64,000 nucleotides of DNA. Source: the human T2T-CHM13v2.0 reference genome, Homo sapiens. The DNA lies in the NCBI RefSeq assembly GCF_009914755.1, contig NC_060926.1. The stretch is one strand, 5' to 3'. The notes under the pieces are model-generated. The model ran no database searches, was not told where the DNA came from, and worked only from the letters and a program-made list of their open reading frames with translations. Every line of letters starts with the position of its first letter. Position 1 is the stretch's first letter. The position numbers and the translations under genes were made by a program. Positions 47,015 to 61,076 of the stretch are shown in pieces.

Positions 47015-47960
47015 TTTTTCTAATTATTAATGATGTTGAGTATCTTATGTGACTATTGGTCATTTGGACAGTTTTAGTGAAGTGTCTTTCAAATCTTTGG
47101 CCAATATTTTAAATTGGGTTGTTTGCCTTTTTGAGTTTTAGGGGTTCTTTTTGTATTCTGCAATTGCTTTGTCAAATATATTAATTATGAATGCTTTTTC
47201 CCAGTCTGTGGTTTATTATTTAATTCTTTAATAATGTCTTTTGAAGAAGAGATGTTTTTAATTTTGAATAACTCAATTTATCATCTTCTATTTCTTTTAA
47301 GCACAATGTTTTTTGTGTCCTAGCTAAACAATATTTGCCTAACCCAAAGTTGTAAATATACACATCTATATTTTATTCTATATTATTTAGAGCTTTATCT
47401 TTCTTTTAATCTATTATCTAGCTTTAATTTTTTACATGGTAAGAGGTCAAAAATCAAGATTTTCTATATTTATTTGTTTTCAATATGGCTGTATTAGTCT
47501 ATTTTCACACTGCTGTAAAGAAATACCTGAGACTGAGTAATTTATAAAGAAAAGAGGTTTAATAGGCTCACAATTGAGCAGGCTGTACAGGAAGCATAGT
47601 GGCTTCTGCTTCTGGGGAGACCTCAGGAAACTTACAATCATGGTGGAATGTGAACGGAGAGCAGGTGAGTCTTACATGGCCTAAGCAGGAGCAAGAGGGA
47701 TGTGGGGGAGGTGCCACACAGTTTTAAACAATCAGATCTCATGAGAACTCACTATCACGAGAACAGCATCAGGAGATGGTGCTAAACCATTCATGAAGGA
47801 CCACCCCCATGATCCAATCGTCTTCCAACAGGTCCTACCTACCTCCAACACTGGGGATTACATGTTAACATGAGATTTGGTGGGAACACCGATCCAAACC
47901 ATATCAATAGCTACCTAAATGTTCCAGCATTATTTGTTGAAAATACTTTCTACTCTTTCT
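47015..47960 (-). mobile_element. L1M fragment split by an MSTA
   Basis: 'ttttagtgaagtgtctttcaaatctttggcc...tttgcctaacccaaag' and, after the LTR, 'ccagcattatttgttgaaaa'. Confidence 0.6.
47490..47906 (-). mobile_element. MSTA-like MaLR solo LTR
   Basis: 'tgtattagtctattttcacactgctgtaaagaaatacctgagactg...gatccaaaccatatca'. 5-bp TSD ATGGC/ATAGC. Confidence 0.85.
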
Positions 47961-48069
47961 TTAAACTCATTTATTTATAAAGGTAGATATTCTGAAGGAA
48001 TTAGCTCTAATCTGTCTCTTACTACCCTTTCTTCATACATGTTTTTGCTTATTGTCATAATTTTCAATG

Positions 48070-49600
48070 AAATGTATATACTGATGATACCTAAATTTAT
48101 ATCTTTACTTGAATCTTCTCCCATAGGCCTCCAGATAAATAAATTCAACTGTCTATTCGACATTGTCTAATGAATGTTTCAAAGACATCTTAAATTTAAC
48201 ATGGCCAAAGACAAAGCCTTTATTTCCCCAATTACAGAATTTTCCTTGCACATGAGTTTTCCTTATCGCCGTAAATATTGTTAAGTATGCTCCCACAAAC
48301 CTAGGAGCTATTCTTAATTGGTTTCATTTTTTTTTATCATTCTCACCTAATATCAGTAAATCTTGAAAATTCTTTCTCCAATATGATCTCAAATCCAACT
48401 ACTTTTTAGAATCTGTTTTGCTGCCACTTCATTTTGCTTTGCAGTTTGAAGTTAACAAGCAGCATGGTTAACAGGCTGCTATAGTAGCCCAGGTAAAAGA
48501 TCATTGTGAATAGAGATTTCACAATTGCCCCCTTTCCAGCTCATTCCTCCTGAAGCAACAAATGGGGTAATCTTAAAATACACATTGTATTATGTAATCC
48601 CCCTACCTAAAACTCTTCAATAAGTTTTACTCAATATGCTAAATAAACGTGTTGAGCATCTGATGTTTGTCAGGCATTTTTCAAACACATGGGATGTAAT
48701 GGTACTTACAAAAAGACAACATTCATGACTTCATTAAATTTATGCTCATCCAGTGTTCACACACCCATGCATGCACATGCAAACACAATTATAAAATATT
48801 ACTTTTGCAAATATACAGAGAAGTAATGAATCCTGTGCTATGGATGTCATATAAGTGAAATTTGATATGGTCAGGAAACAAAACAAGGATCCTCAGAATA
48901 CTGATTCTTTAGTTGAAATCTGAGATGTCAGCACACATTATTTTTTAAAAAGAAGGACTCAGGCAGAAAACTCTATATGTGTAAATGTGCAGATGTGAGG
49001 CATAAGAAAGCATGACAAGGACAAGGTGATGGAAGGACAGATAGCCAGGACAGAAAGCAAAAAAGAATTAAATGAGTTTGGAAAAAAGGCATGAGCCAAG
49101 CCTACCAACCTTGTTAAGTAGTTGTTTTCTCTTCCCTAAAATAATGGAGAACAACTTGAGAAAGTTCACCAGTGTGGAGAATTCACTGGGAAGTGAATGT
49201 TGACAGAGCATTGGAAGGTTTCAGCAACTGTCTAGAGAAAGTTGAATAGTGGCTTTTCCTGCCCTGGGACCCTTACACATTCTTCCTCAATGATCTCCTC
49301 CATTGCTCCTACCCATTTGTCAGATCTCAGATTAAATACTTTCTTTTAAATGAAGGCATTCTCTAACCATCAAAAAAATAGAATGTTTTTCATTCATACT
49401 CATTGTTTTCTAGCATCACTCTGTTTGTTTGGTTGTTATTTCAACAGCCCTTCCACATTTTGTAATGGTCACTTCTTGTTTCTTTGTTTATTTCTATCTG
49501 CATCACTGGAATGTATGTACCAAGAGAGCAAGGATTATGTCTGGTTTTTTTTTTTTTCCAGCTTGTAAGTCATCAGCACATGCCACAGTGGCTGCTTCAT
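48070..49600. mobile_element. Cluster of L2 fragments in both orientations
   Basis: 'attcaactgtctattcgacatt...catcttaaatttaacatggccaaa', 'gttgagcatctgatg' and 'ctggaatgtatgtaccaagagagcaagga'. Confidence 0.55.
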
Positions 49601-49739
49601 GATATTAGATTTCCTCCTTTCACAGTGTATGTGCCACCTCAGCTTCAACATGTCAAATTAAACCTTTCAACAATGGTTCTGCATGTACATGTCGGGTGCT
49701 TAGCAAGGTAATGGGGCAGAACAATTACCTCCAAGACCG

Positions 49740-49930
49740 TGGTGCTGTATAGGAAAATGGTTTAGAGCAACAGTTCTGGACCAGGCTGCTTGGATTTCAA
49801 CTTCAGTTATGCTACTTTCCTGCTATGTGATGTTAGGTAATTTACTTAGCATCTCTGGACCTCAGATGCATCATGTGTCAAACAGTGATATTAAGAGTTC
49901 CTCATAGCATTGTGTAAGAAATAAAAATAA
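49740..49930 (+). mobile_element. MIR
   Basis: 'ctatgtgatgttaggtaatttacttagcatctctggacctcag'. Confidence 0.65.
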
Positions 49931-50243
49931 CAGTAATTCTTAGATATTATTCATTCTACTGGGCAAAGCAGAAATTTAAATAGAATTAACAGTATATTAC
50001 AAATATGATGTGTGTCAAGAGGGAGAGTTACAGGATTTTTGAGAGTGTGCAACAGAATGATGTTTATTATAATATAACAAGTGCTCCTGCTATTTAGAGG
50101 AAAGAGAGAACCTGGCTTTATTTCATATTAAGACTCATTCTGCCAATGCATGTTAAGTAATTGAACTCAAAAGAACCTACAGTCATTGCTGAATGTGTGT
50201 ATATGTGTGTATTGTCATCAGATTTCACATATACTGTATCCGC

Positions 50244-50665
50244 TGTGTAATTTATCTACTGAAAGATGCTCTGCATAACAAACATCTCCTAAGCTGAGAG
50301 GCTTAAAATAGCAGTCATTTATTCTCACTAAGTTTGAGTTGCTTGAGGGCGGGCCAATCTAGGGTGGGCTTGGCTGCGACAGCTCTATACCTCATGTTTC
50401 TCTTTCTGCTCCTAGAACCAGCTGGCTAGTTAACATGTTTCCCTCCTGGCAAGGGCAGAAGTGAAAACAAACAGAAGCCTGCATGAACTCCTGAGGCCTA
50501 AATTTTGAAGTGGCACATTGTCGTTTTGTATCATTTTATCAAGCAAAGGGAGTCACTGAGCTGAACTCAAAGTCAAGGGGTGGGAAAATAAACACCACCC
50601 CTCTTATGGAAAGAGCTGTAAATTATACAGCAAAGGGCTTGGTTATAGGAATGCATGAAAAATTG
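50244..50665 (-). mobile_element. Old MaLR LTR (MLT1I/J-like)
   Basis: 'ctgcataacaaacatctcct...ggcttaaaatagcagtcatttattctcac...ctcaaagtcaaggggtgggaaaata'. Confidence 0.6.
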
Positions 50666-52628
50666 GGGTTTGATTACAGGGAGGGATGAAGAATAATGCA
50701 ATTTACCAAATCTGCTGTTTGTTCTTCATTATTTCTGAATAGAGACAGGAATGCTAAATGTTAATGCTAAAGAAATATAGGACAACATATATTCCTCTAT
50801 CATGTGATTACAGGTAATCATAAGTAGTCTTTTAACTAAAATGGACATGAAGGAGGAATAAAAAAGAATAAGGCAATACTTTCTTGAAAGTTTAAAATAA
50901 ATTCCACTACTTACAACTATTTTGTAGATATATGGGAGAATAAAGAAATGAAACATCTTATGCAACATATGATTACAGCTGTTATTCCTTTCACAAAATG
51001 TTCTCCTATTGTGCAGGATATTTTTAGTAAGATAAAGTCATTTTTCATTTTTCTTCTTATCTCAATTCAAGATCCATTTCTTATGGGATTACTTTGGGCA
51101 GCCAAGTATTTTACAGTTAGATGGTGCCCTTTCAGGACCTTTCCTAACATAAAAGACACTTTTTAAAAAATAGTTTTATTCTGTATTCTGTAATTGCTTC
51201 CATTTCAGGCTCATTTTTCTCAGGCTGTATAAGGGAATCTAATCAAGTTTAGCAACTGAATTGTGTGCTATGTCTTCAATCTTAAAATAACCACTTTCCT
51301 TTTCATTAGAAAATCTGGGTATTTTTATTATTTTTTCCCAATTTTTATGTTTCCTCTAACCTTTGCAAGACCACTGTATAGGGCAGTACATTCAGCTGCG
51401 GATTTTAGTATAAAAACTTACCAAAGTAGGGTTATTCCAATGTCTTCTTTCACCTAAGAGCAATTGCTTTATGTAACATATCAAAAGGAAAAGTAACATT
51501 TCTAAATGGTATTTTAATTATTTGAAATGCCCAGTTGTCCAAAAATAAAAGAGAAATAGTCTCTCTGAAAGCATGTTTGCTTATTTTAGTACATATATCT
51601 TTATTTATTTTATTGTATATATTTATGGGATAAAATGTGACATTTTGATATATGTGTATACATTGTGGAGTGACTAAATCAAGCTAATTAAGATATTCAT
51701 CACCTTACATAATTATTTGTTTATTGATAACATTTAAAACCTACTCTCTTTGCAATTTTTAAGTATACAGTACCTTATTATTTACTATAGTAATCATGCT
51801 GTACAATATATTTCTAGAAGTAATTCCTTCTAATTGAAACTTTATACTCTTTCACCAACAGCTGACCAACCAACCCCCCGAGCCCCCAGTCCCTGGTAAT
51901 CACAACACTACTCTCTGTTTCTATGAGTATGACTATTTTAGATTTCACATATATGTAAGATCATGCGGTATTTTTCTTTCTGTGCCTGGTTTATTTCACT
52001 TAGCATCGTGTCTTGCAGGTTTATCCATGTTATTGAAAATGACAGGATTTCCTTTTCTTCAGGCTGAATAATATTTCATTGTGTACACATTTTCTTTAAT
52101 CATTTGTCTCTTTATGGGCACACATTTATTTCATATCATTGTAGTCATGAATATTGCCACAATGAACATGGGAATACAGATGTCTCTTCAGCATGCTGAT
52201 TTCGTTCCCTTTGGGGATATACATATATATATATAATATATAAAAATATATATACACACACACACAATTATATATTAAAATATATTTTATACATATTATA
52301 TATATATATAAGGAGACTTGCTGTATCATACGGTAGTTTTATTTTTAATTTTTTGAGGCATCTCCATAGCATTTTCCGTAATAGCTGTGCTAATTTATAT
52401 TCACACCATCAGTGAGCAAGAGTTCCACCTTCTCCACATCCTTGCCAACACTTCTTATCTTTCGTTTTTTTGATAACAGCTATTCTAACAGTTGCAAGGT
52501 GATATCTCACAGTGGCTTTAATTTGCATTTCTCTAATAATTAGTGAAGCTGAGCATTTTTTCATAGACCTCTTGGTCATTTCAATGTTTTTTTTTTTTTT
52601 TTTGAGATAGGTCTATTTAGGTCCTTAG

Positions 52629-52932
<304 letters not shown>

Positions 52933-53038
52933 CCTTAGTCCATTTATTAATCAACTTATTTGTTTTCTTGCTATTGAGGTGTGTTTTTTTTTGTTTTTTT
53001 TTTTTGTTTGTTTTTTTTTTAGTTTCTTATATGTTTTT

Positions 53039-53057
53039 CACTTGATCTTAGCCAAAA
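53039..53057 (-). pseudogene. U2 snRNA 5' fragment (retrocopy remnant)
   Basis: CACTTGATCTTAGCCAAAA is the reverse complement of U2 TTTTGGCTAAGATCAAGTG (~nt 15-33). Confidence 0.6.
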
Positions 53058-53070
53058 AAAAAGGAGCATT

Positions 53071-53381
<311 letters not shown>

Positions 53382-53689
53382 TTATATTTTGGATATAAAC
53401 ATCTTAGGTTTGCCAATATTTTCTCTCATTTCTTTAGTTTGCCTCTTCACTCTGTTGATTATTTTCCTTACTGTGTTGATTTTTTTTGTTTGATACTATC
53501 CCATTTATGTTTGCTTTCCTTGCCTATGCTTTTGGGATCACAGTCAACAAATCGTTGCCAAGGTCAAATTGTGGTAAGTTTCAAATGTTCTAGATTTTCT
53601 ATCCTATTCCTCCATTGTTTTGCAAAGCCCCTTCTTCTAAGGTTCTCAGAGAAGTCAATATAACCAAATTTTATGAATACGAATCATAA

Positions 53690-53990
53690 ATTGTAGTTTA
53701 AAAAGAGACTTTAGCGTTCATTTAGCCTACTCCTTTTTGTTTAATTTAAGAGAAATTAAGTGGAGGGGAGCAGTAGCACAGTTTGTCAAGAGAATACCTG
53801 ACTGTGGCCTTAGACATAGACACCAATACCTCGTTTGCCACTCAGAGACTACGTGACTTCGAACAAATCACCTAGCGCATCTGAGTTTCAGTTTCATTAT
53901 CTGTTAAATGGGGATTATAACATTATAACATCTTCTTTGAAATGCAATTTTGAAAATTAAATTAGTAAACATAAATTCAAGAGTCTCAAT
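53690..53990. mobile_element. MIR fragments
   Basis: 'ctgagtttcagtttcattatctgttaaatgggattataa'. Confidence 0.55.
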
Positions 53991-54916
53991 GTAAATGATA
54001 TTCCTTAAGGACATACAGCTAGATATTTTCAGATATGCAAAATCAGAAATTTCTGACTTCCAATACAGTTACCATTCCCAATGTTCACCCCTGCTTCAAG
54101 AAGTGTAAAATTCGCTGGTAATATAGGAATCTCATACAGAGTGCTTACATTACAATGCACACTGATGATATAGAATAAATCCACAAATCAAAAAGAGATT
54201 GGCCATTTTCTATCAAAAGAGGTAGAGACAACAGAAACAACAATATAATAGAGGCATCCCTGGTATCTGAGGCAGATTGGAAGTGGCTACATTTAGATTA
54301 TCTATCTTTGTCTCTATATCTGTCTCTCTCTTTATCTTTCTTTCTCTCTCTCTCACCGCCAGAACATAGTAAGTAAGATATATTAATCAAAATTGTCATT
54401 TCAGCATATCAGATTGGATAAAAAGAAAGTAAATGAAAGCCAAAAAGGGGAAAATTCTGAGTTCTTTTTCTTTCATTCACTCACACTTCTAGAGCGTTTT
54501 TCCAATTCAGAGTGTTCTGACATCTCAGTAATGACAGTAATATCCTGTTAGAGCAAACATCTCTCAGACCCGATTCTGCTGCAGAACTAAAATGAGGTGT
54601 TTCTTAGTGATAAGTGAATTTCTATTGAAGAAAATTTGAAAGAGAGATTCACAGCTTTCTTTCACCACTTTCTATGCAAAAAAAAAAAAAGCCATACCCT
54701 ATCCAATCAGACATTGGAATGTGCTTTTCACTGCTGTAACACTGTACCACCACTCTACATTGTGAGGCTCTATTTATAGAAATAGCTAGTATTTATTAAG
54801 CACTCACTCTATACCAAGCTCTCTGCTAGGGGCTTTATATGTGTTATCTAGTGCAATCCTCAAAATAAGCAGAAGAGTGCATCAGGATGCTTATTTTTTA
54901 AAGAGACGACAGTTTT

Positions 54917-56793
54917 TTAAAAATTATTTATTTTTCAGCTTTTATTATGGGTTTAGTGGGAACATGTGGACTGTTACACAGGTATATTGCATGCTGCTGA
55001 GGTTCATAGTATGAATGAATCTGTCTCCCAGGTGGTGAGCATAGCACCCAGTAGGTAGTTTTTCAGCCCCTTGACTCCTTCTCTCTCTCCTTCCTCTTGT
55101 ATTTCCCAGTGTCTATTGTTCTCATCTTTATGTCCATGTGTACTTGATGTTCAGCTCCCACTTATAAATGAGAACATGCAGTATTTGGTTATCTGTTTCT
55201 GTATTAGTTCACTTAGGATAATGGCCTCCAGCTGCATCCATGTTACTGCAAAGAACATGATTTCATTCTTTTTATGGTTCCATAGTATTCCATGGTATAA
55301 ATGTACCACATATTCTTTATCCAATCCAGAGTTGATTGGCATCTAGCAAATGTCTTTGCTATTGTGAATAGCACTGTGATGAACGTATGGGTACGTGTGT
55401 CTTTTTGGTAGAATGACCAGATTCACAGATTGGTTTCCTTTGGGTACATACCTGATAGTGGAATCACTGCATCCAATTATAGTTTAACTCTTAGTTCTCT
55501 GAGAAACCTCCAAACTGCTCCCCCGAGTGTCTGGACTAATTTACATTCCCACAAGCAGTGTATAAGTATCCCTCTTTCTCCACAGCCTTGCCAGTATCTG
55601 TGACTTTCGGACATTTTAGCAAAACCCATTCTGAGTGGTGTGAGATGGTATCCCATTGTGGCTTTGATCTGGATTTCTCTGATGATTAGTGATTATGAGC
55701 ATTTTAAAAATATATTTGTTGGCTGCTTGTATGTTTTCTTTTGAGAAGTGTGTGTTTGTGCCCTTTTGCCTGCTTTTTAATGGGGTATGTTTCTTGCTTG
55801 TTGATTTAAGTTGCTTATAGATTCTGGATATTAGGCCTTTGTCAGATGCATAGTTTGCAAATATTTTCTCCCATTCTATAGGTTGTCTGTTTACTCTCTT
55901 TAGTTTCTCTTGCTGTGCAGACACTCTTTAGTTTAATTAGGTCCTATTTGTCAATGTGTTGTTGTTGTAGTTGCTTTTGAGGATTTAGCCATAAATTTTT
56001 TGCTAGGGCCAATATTGAGAAGGAGTTTTTCTATGTTTTCTTCTAGAATCTTTTTTTTTTAATTTAACTTTTAAGTTCAGGGGTACATGTGCAGGCTTGT
56101 TATATAGGTAAACTTGTATCATGGGGGTTTGTTGTACAGATTATTTTGTCACCCAGGTATTAAGCCTTGTACCCATTAGTTATTTTTCCTGTCTAACATT
56201 TGTCTTTAATCTGACTTCCATTAATTTTTGTATAGGGTGAAAGGTAGAGATCCAGTTTCCTTCTTCGGCATATGGATAGCCAGTCATCCTAGCACCATTT
56301 ATTGAATGAGGAGTCTTTTCCCCATTGTTTATTTTTGTTGACTTTGTCAATGATCAGATTGTTTTAGGTGTGCAGATTTATTTCTGGCTTCTCTATTCTG
56401 TTCCATTGGTCTACCTGTCTGTTTTTGGAACAGTGCCATGCTGTTTTGGTTACAGCAGCCTTGCAGTATAGTTTCAGGTCAGGTAACATGATGCCTCTGA
56501 CTTTGTTTTTTTTTTTGCTTAGGATTGCTTTGGCTCTTAGGGCTCTTTTTATTCCACAAAAATTTTAGAATCTTTTTTTTTTCTTAATCTGTGAAAAATG
56601 ACATTGGTAGTTTGTTAGGAATAGCGCTGAATTTGTAAATTGCTTTGGGCAGTATGGCCATTTTCATGATATTTATTCTTCCTACCCATGAGCATGAAAA
56701 TACCTAGGAATACAGCTAAGCAAAAAGGTGAAAAATCTCTACAATGACAATTACAAAACACTGATGAAAGAAATCAGAGATGATGCAACAAAT
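54917..56793 (-). mobile_element. 5'-truncated L1PA15/16-like element with a 5' inversion (56697-56793 is on +)
   Basis: Minus-strand ORF2 C-terminal peptides ([25 protein letters not shown]). Orientation flips at 'gagcatg|aaaatacctagg'. Degenerate TSD AGAG(AC/GT)GACAGTTTT at 54902-54916 and 56794-56808. Confidence 0.85.
56051..56191 (-). mobile_element. Nested short L1PA (L1PA11-13-like) 3' end
   Basis: Poly(T) followed by 'ttttaagttcaggggtacatgtgcagg...gtacccattagttatttttcctg' inside the older L1. Confidence 0.8.
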
Positions 56794-57433
56794 AGAGGTG
56801 ACAGTTTTAAGAAGCTCTAATATCTAACTATGGTGGATAGAGAGTATAAGGAGCTAACCTAGGGTATAAATTGAACTTCAACCTTAAGGTCTATCCATGG
56901 AGATTAACTTCCTGAGAAAATGTTATCATGAACTTAATGAATATAAGCTACCAAGCATTGGAATAGCAATTTCAAAGATATTTCTCCTTTGTGTATAAGC
57001 TTCATTTAGTGGGGGGTCTACATTCCATGAAAATTTGTGAACTGGAATATCCCTAGTGATTATAGAAACCACAGTCTTCATTGCCTATCAATATGTTTGG
57101 TTAAACTATATTCACAGAGATAATTTAATTGCAAATGAATGTAACTTAGTTGTTTTCTAATCTGAAATCATTTTTAGGATATTTTAAAAATATACATGTC
57201 ACATACTTAATTTTTATGAGGGCATAAAAATAACAACACATATCTTGGATATTTTATCATACTTTTAAAAAACATTTAAGCTTGACTCCACATTTTCTCT
57301 TTTCCCTGAACCTACATTAGCTCACCTGTACCCTAAATTTCATAATTCCTACATATCCTTTATTTCCATTTTATTTCCCAGAAAATACATGTATGTATAA
57401 CATATATGTATATATGTGTATACACACACACAA

Positions 57434-57791
57434 TGTCTTAGTCTATCCAAGCTGCTATAACAAAATAATGTAAACTGGGTAGGCTATAAACACCAGAAAT
57501 TTATTTATCACAATTCTGGGCTCTGAAAAGTCCAAATCTGAGGTAGATTTGGTGTCTGGTAAGGGCTTCCTTTCCAGCTTATAGGTGATGCCTTCTAGCT
57601 ATGTTCTCCCATGTGCAGGGAGTGAGAAATCGCTCTCAGATCTCTTTTATAAGTACACTAATGTCATTCATGAGTGACCCACTCTCCTCATCTAATCATG
57701 TCCCAAAGACCTCATCTCCTAGTACTATCACCTTGAGGGTAGGATTTCAACATAAATTTTGGGGAGACATAAACATTCAGATCATAATACA
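57434..57791 (-). mobile_element. MLT1A/MSTD-like MaLR solo LTR within a (CA)n tract
   Basis: 'tgtcttagtctatccaagctgctataacaaaata...ggggagacataaacattcagatcata'. Confidence 0.8.
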
Positions 57792-58538
57792 TCACACACA
57801 CACACACACATACGTTACAAACACCTAGCCCAGCTGCATTTTTGGACAAGACACTAGAGAAAGAAAGAATCTTTGTAATTTGCAAGTGCTTTTAGTCTCA
57901 TATATTACTTAATAATTTTGGAATTATTCTTTGAATACAGCATTTTCTTCTAAAGGAATGCCTGTTTATGTTAGTAAATTTTTTAAACAAATCACATATT
58001 CCTCACTATAAGAGAAAAATCAAGGTGATTATGTATTAAATTCTCACATATACAATGGAGTCTGCTTTTGAACATGACTGGATTCCACTGATCAATTTGT
58101 CTATTGCTAGTTTACATCAATACCACCTTAATTTTATTAATGTGGTTTTATATTATGTTCTAATATCTAGTTCTCTTTTTTATATATTGTAACTTATTTC
58201 CTTCTCATATTTTCCTATCACATATTAGATATTTGTTTTTTCTTACAATTTTAAAATAAATTTTGCAGTTAGGTTATTTTACTTTTGTATTTACTGCAAT
58301 CAGTGTTAGAATACTTGTGGTTATGACATTTTGATCTAGTTTCTGATTTTAATTGAAATGCAGTTGGAGTTACTGATTTGGGATAATATTTTCCACTATT
58401 GTTGGTAAACTGTCTTTCTTACAGTTAAGTGGGTCTCTACTTTTATGGATTACTTAGAGTTTTTAAAATTAGGAATGTGTTTCTTAATTTTCTCAAATAC
58501 CCTTTCAACCTTTATATCTGTAATCTTGTGCTTTTTCT

Positions 58539-58838
58539 ATTTTGTATTTATTTTTTTTGAGACAGAATCTCTCTCCGTCACCCAGGCTGGAGTGCAGTGG
58601 CGTGATCGTGGCTCATGCAACCTCCGCCTCCCGGGTTCAAGCGATTCTCCTACCTCAGCCTCCCGAATAGCTGGGATTACAGGCATGGGCCACTACACCT
58701 GGCTAATTTTTGTATTTTTAGTAGAGACAGGGTTTTGCCATGTTGGCCAGGCTGGTCTTGAACTCCTGACTTCAGGTGATCCGCCTGCCTCGACCTCCCA
58801 AAGTGTTGGGATTACAGGCGTGAGCCACTGTGCCTGGC
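58539..58838 (-). mobile_element. Full-length AluS
   Basis: Complete dimer. TSD AATCTTGTGCTTTTTCT at 58522-58538 and 58839-58855. Confidence 0.93.
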
Positions 58839-60114
58839 AATCTTGTGCTTTTTCTTTGTGTTGCACATGTCTTTGGGTGTCTTATTTTCTTAATAAGTCA
58901 TCTAGTGGTAGATCAAATAAAATTTTATTTTTAAGTAAGGAATAAATGAGGGTGGTTTAAAGTCATTAAATAACTTTTTATGAAGAATAACCCTATGCTC
59001 TTTCACAATAAAGAGGCAAGGGCCAAGAAAATTTGGACCATGGCACTTTCATTTATGGCAAATAATACTGCTAGAAGTAGATAATCGGCTGGGCTTCTTT
59101 GACTTCATTTCTGTTTCAAAGAGAATTAGTCAGTCTTCCAAATTCCCTCTTTTTTTTTATTTCTATCATAGTTCAAGTACAATATAATTTAAGTATATGT
59201 TAGTATATTTCCATCTCACAGTAAAACATGTATCCTTAGGGGCAAAGTTCTCTTTTTCTCTGTACATATCAGTGTTTAGCACCCTGCCCCAGCACGTAAT
59301 AGCTGTTCAACAAACAGTTGTTGAATAATAGAGCTGTTATTCTATTTATTTCTTGTCTTTAGAATGGCAGAATGAGAAAGAAATGTTGAATAAACATAGG
59401 TATGTATTTTGATGGCTGTCTTCTTAAAAGTTAAGTCTTTTCTAAGAGAGTTTAAAAGTTAACTCACTCTCTGAGGAATTAGGAATGTTGTTCTGCTGAC
59501 AAGGAAAAATTTGCTGTGATTCTGGCTGAGCCATAATGAATTCTGTACCATCTGTTAAGGATTAACAAGAAATAGAAAACCAATGGATGGTAAGTGTACT
59601 TAGATCACATATCTAATCAATAAGCATCTTCAATCTACTTGAAATGTCTGTAAATATAAAGTCTTAATTGCTGCTTTATATTTAGTATTGTAGAAAACGA
59701 ATCAAAGCTTCAGCAACTTCTCCCAGAAAGTAGTACTCAAAGTATCCTCACCAGGGAAACTGGGCTTTTGGACAAAGATTTTATAGAAAGTTAAGATTGT
59801 ATGAGCCAAATAACAAAAAAGCTAGTACATTTACCTGATTTAAACAGTCAGGCTGGTAGTTTAGTGTCAACTGCTTGAATCTTTTCATTGATTGTCAGTG
59901 TATATTTTGTGTATAAATGAAATAAGAACATGCAGAATTCCGATATTTCCTAGGATTTTACCTCAATCCTTAATAGCATTTAAAAAAAACTATTCTGTAA
60001 ATGCAGCCAGTATAATGTAAAATAAATTTGCTTGTTTCATCCTGTAAATACTCCGGATTGACTACACTGAAAGAATGAAAATAATATTTTTTGATTGCAT
60101 ACTTCCTAAAAGTG

Positions 60115-60430
60115 ATAGGTCTTTTAAAGAGGTATATTAAGTTAAAATGAGGCCATTAAGATAGGCCCTAATCCAATTTTGCTGGTGTCCATATAAGAAG
60201 AGCAAATCTGAACACATTGACACGTGGAATGAGCACTCATGGTTCAAAGACCATGTTACACACAGTGAGAAGGCAGCCATCCACATGCCAAGAAGTGGGG
60301 CCTCAGAAGAACCAAGTCTGCTGATGTCTTGATCTTGGACTTCTGGCCTCCAGAACTTTACGAAATTTAACTGATTTTGTTTAAGCCACTCAGTCTGTGG
60401 CATTTTGTCATGGCAGCCCTAGCAAACTTT
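60115..60430 (+). mobile_element. MLT1B-like LTR fragment
   Basis: 'ttaagttaaaatgaggcc...cttgatcttggacttctggcctccagaact...ggcagccctagcaaac'. Confidence 0.75.
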
Positions 60431-60489
60431 TGTACCTTATGTGGCAAAATGCGCTCTGCAGAGGAACAATCTGCTAGTCTAACCTCTCC

Positions 60490-60800
60490 ATCCACGTTAA
60501 ATTAGGGATCTTAAAATGGGGAAATTATCTGAATTATCTGAGTGGGTTCTAAATGCCATCACATACATCCCTATAAGAGGGATATAGAGGGATATTTGAA
60601 TAAAGGACAGAAGTTGAAGTGAAGATGGAAGAAGAGATTGAAGTGATGTAGCTACAAGTCTCTGCAAAAGGAAAAACAAGCATTGGATTCTCCTGGGAGC
60701 CTCCAGAAGAAAGCCCTCCTAACACACTGATTTTGGTCCTACAAGACTCAGTTTGATTGTGGCCTCCAGAACAGTGAGAGAACAAACATGTGTTGTCTCA
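60490..60800 (+). mobile_element. MLT1C/D-like LTR fragment
   Basis: 'gggaaattatctgaattatctgagtggg...gcctccagaacagtgagagaacaaac'. Confidence 0.65.
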
Positions 60801-61013
60801 ACTACCAAAAAATAAAATATAATAAATTTGTTTAGAATATACTTTCACAGTCATCTGTGAAAATTACAAATTTAAATATTAATAAAATCAGAAAAATTTA
60901 TTTTATTCTACTCTAGGCTGAATATTTTACCTACTTGCAAAATGTACTCTTCCCCCACCCCCAACCCCAGCAACGTATCCCAATGGCTGTGTCCTTGAAA
61001 TCCTTTCGCAAAA

Positions 61014-61024
61014 TACAAACACAC

Positions 61025-61073
<49 letters not shown>

Positions 61074-61076
61074 AAC
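61014..61076. repeat. (CA)n microsatellite
   Basis: About 21 uninterrupted CA units at ~61028-61070. Confidence 0.95.
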
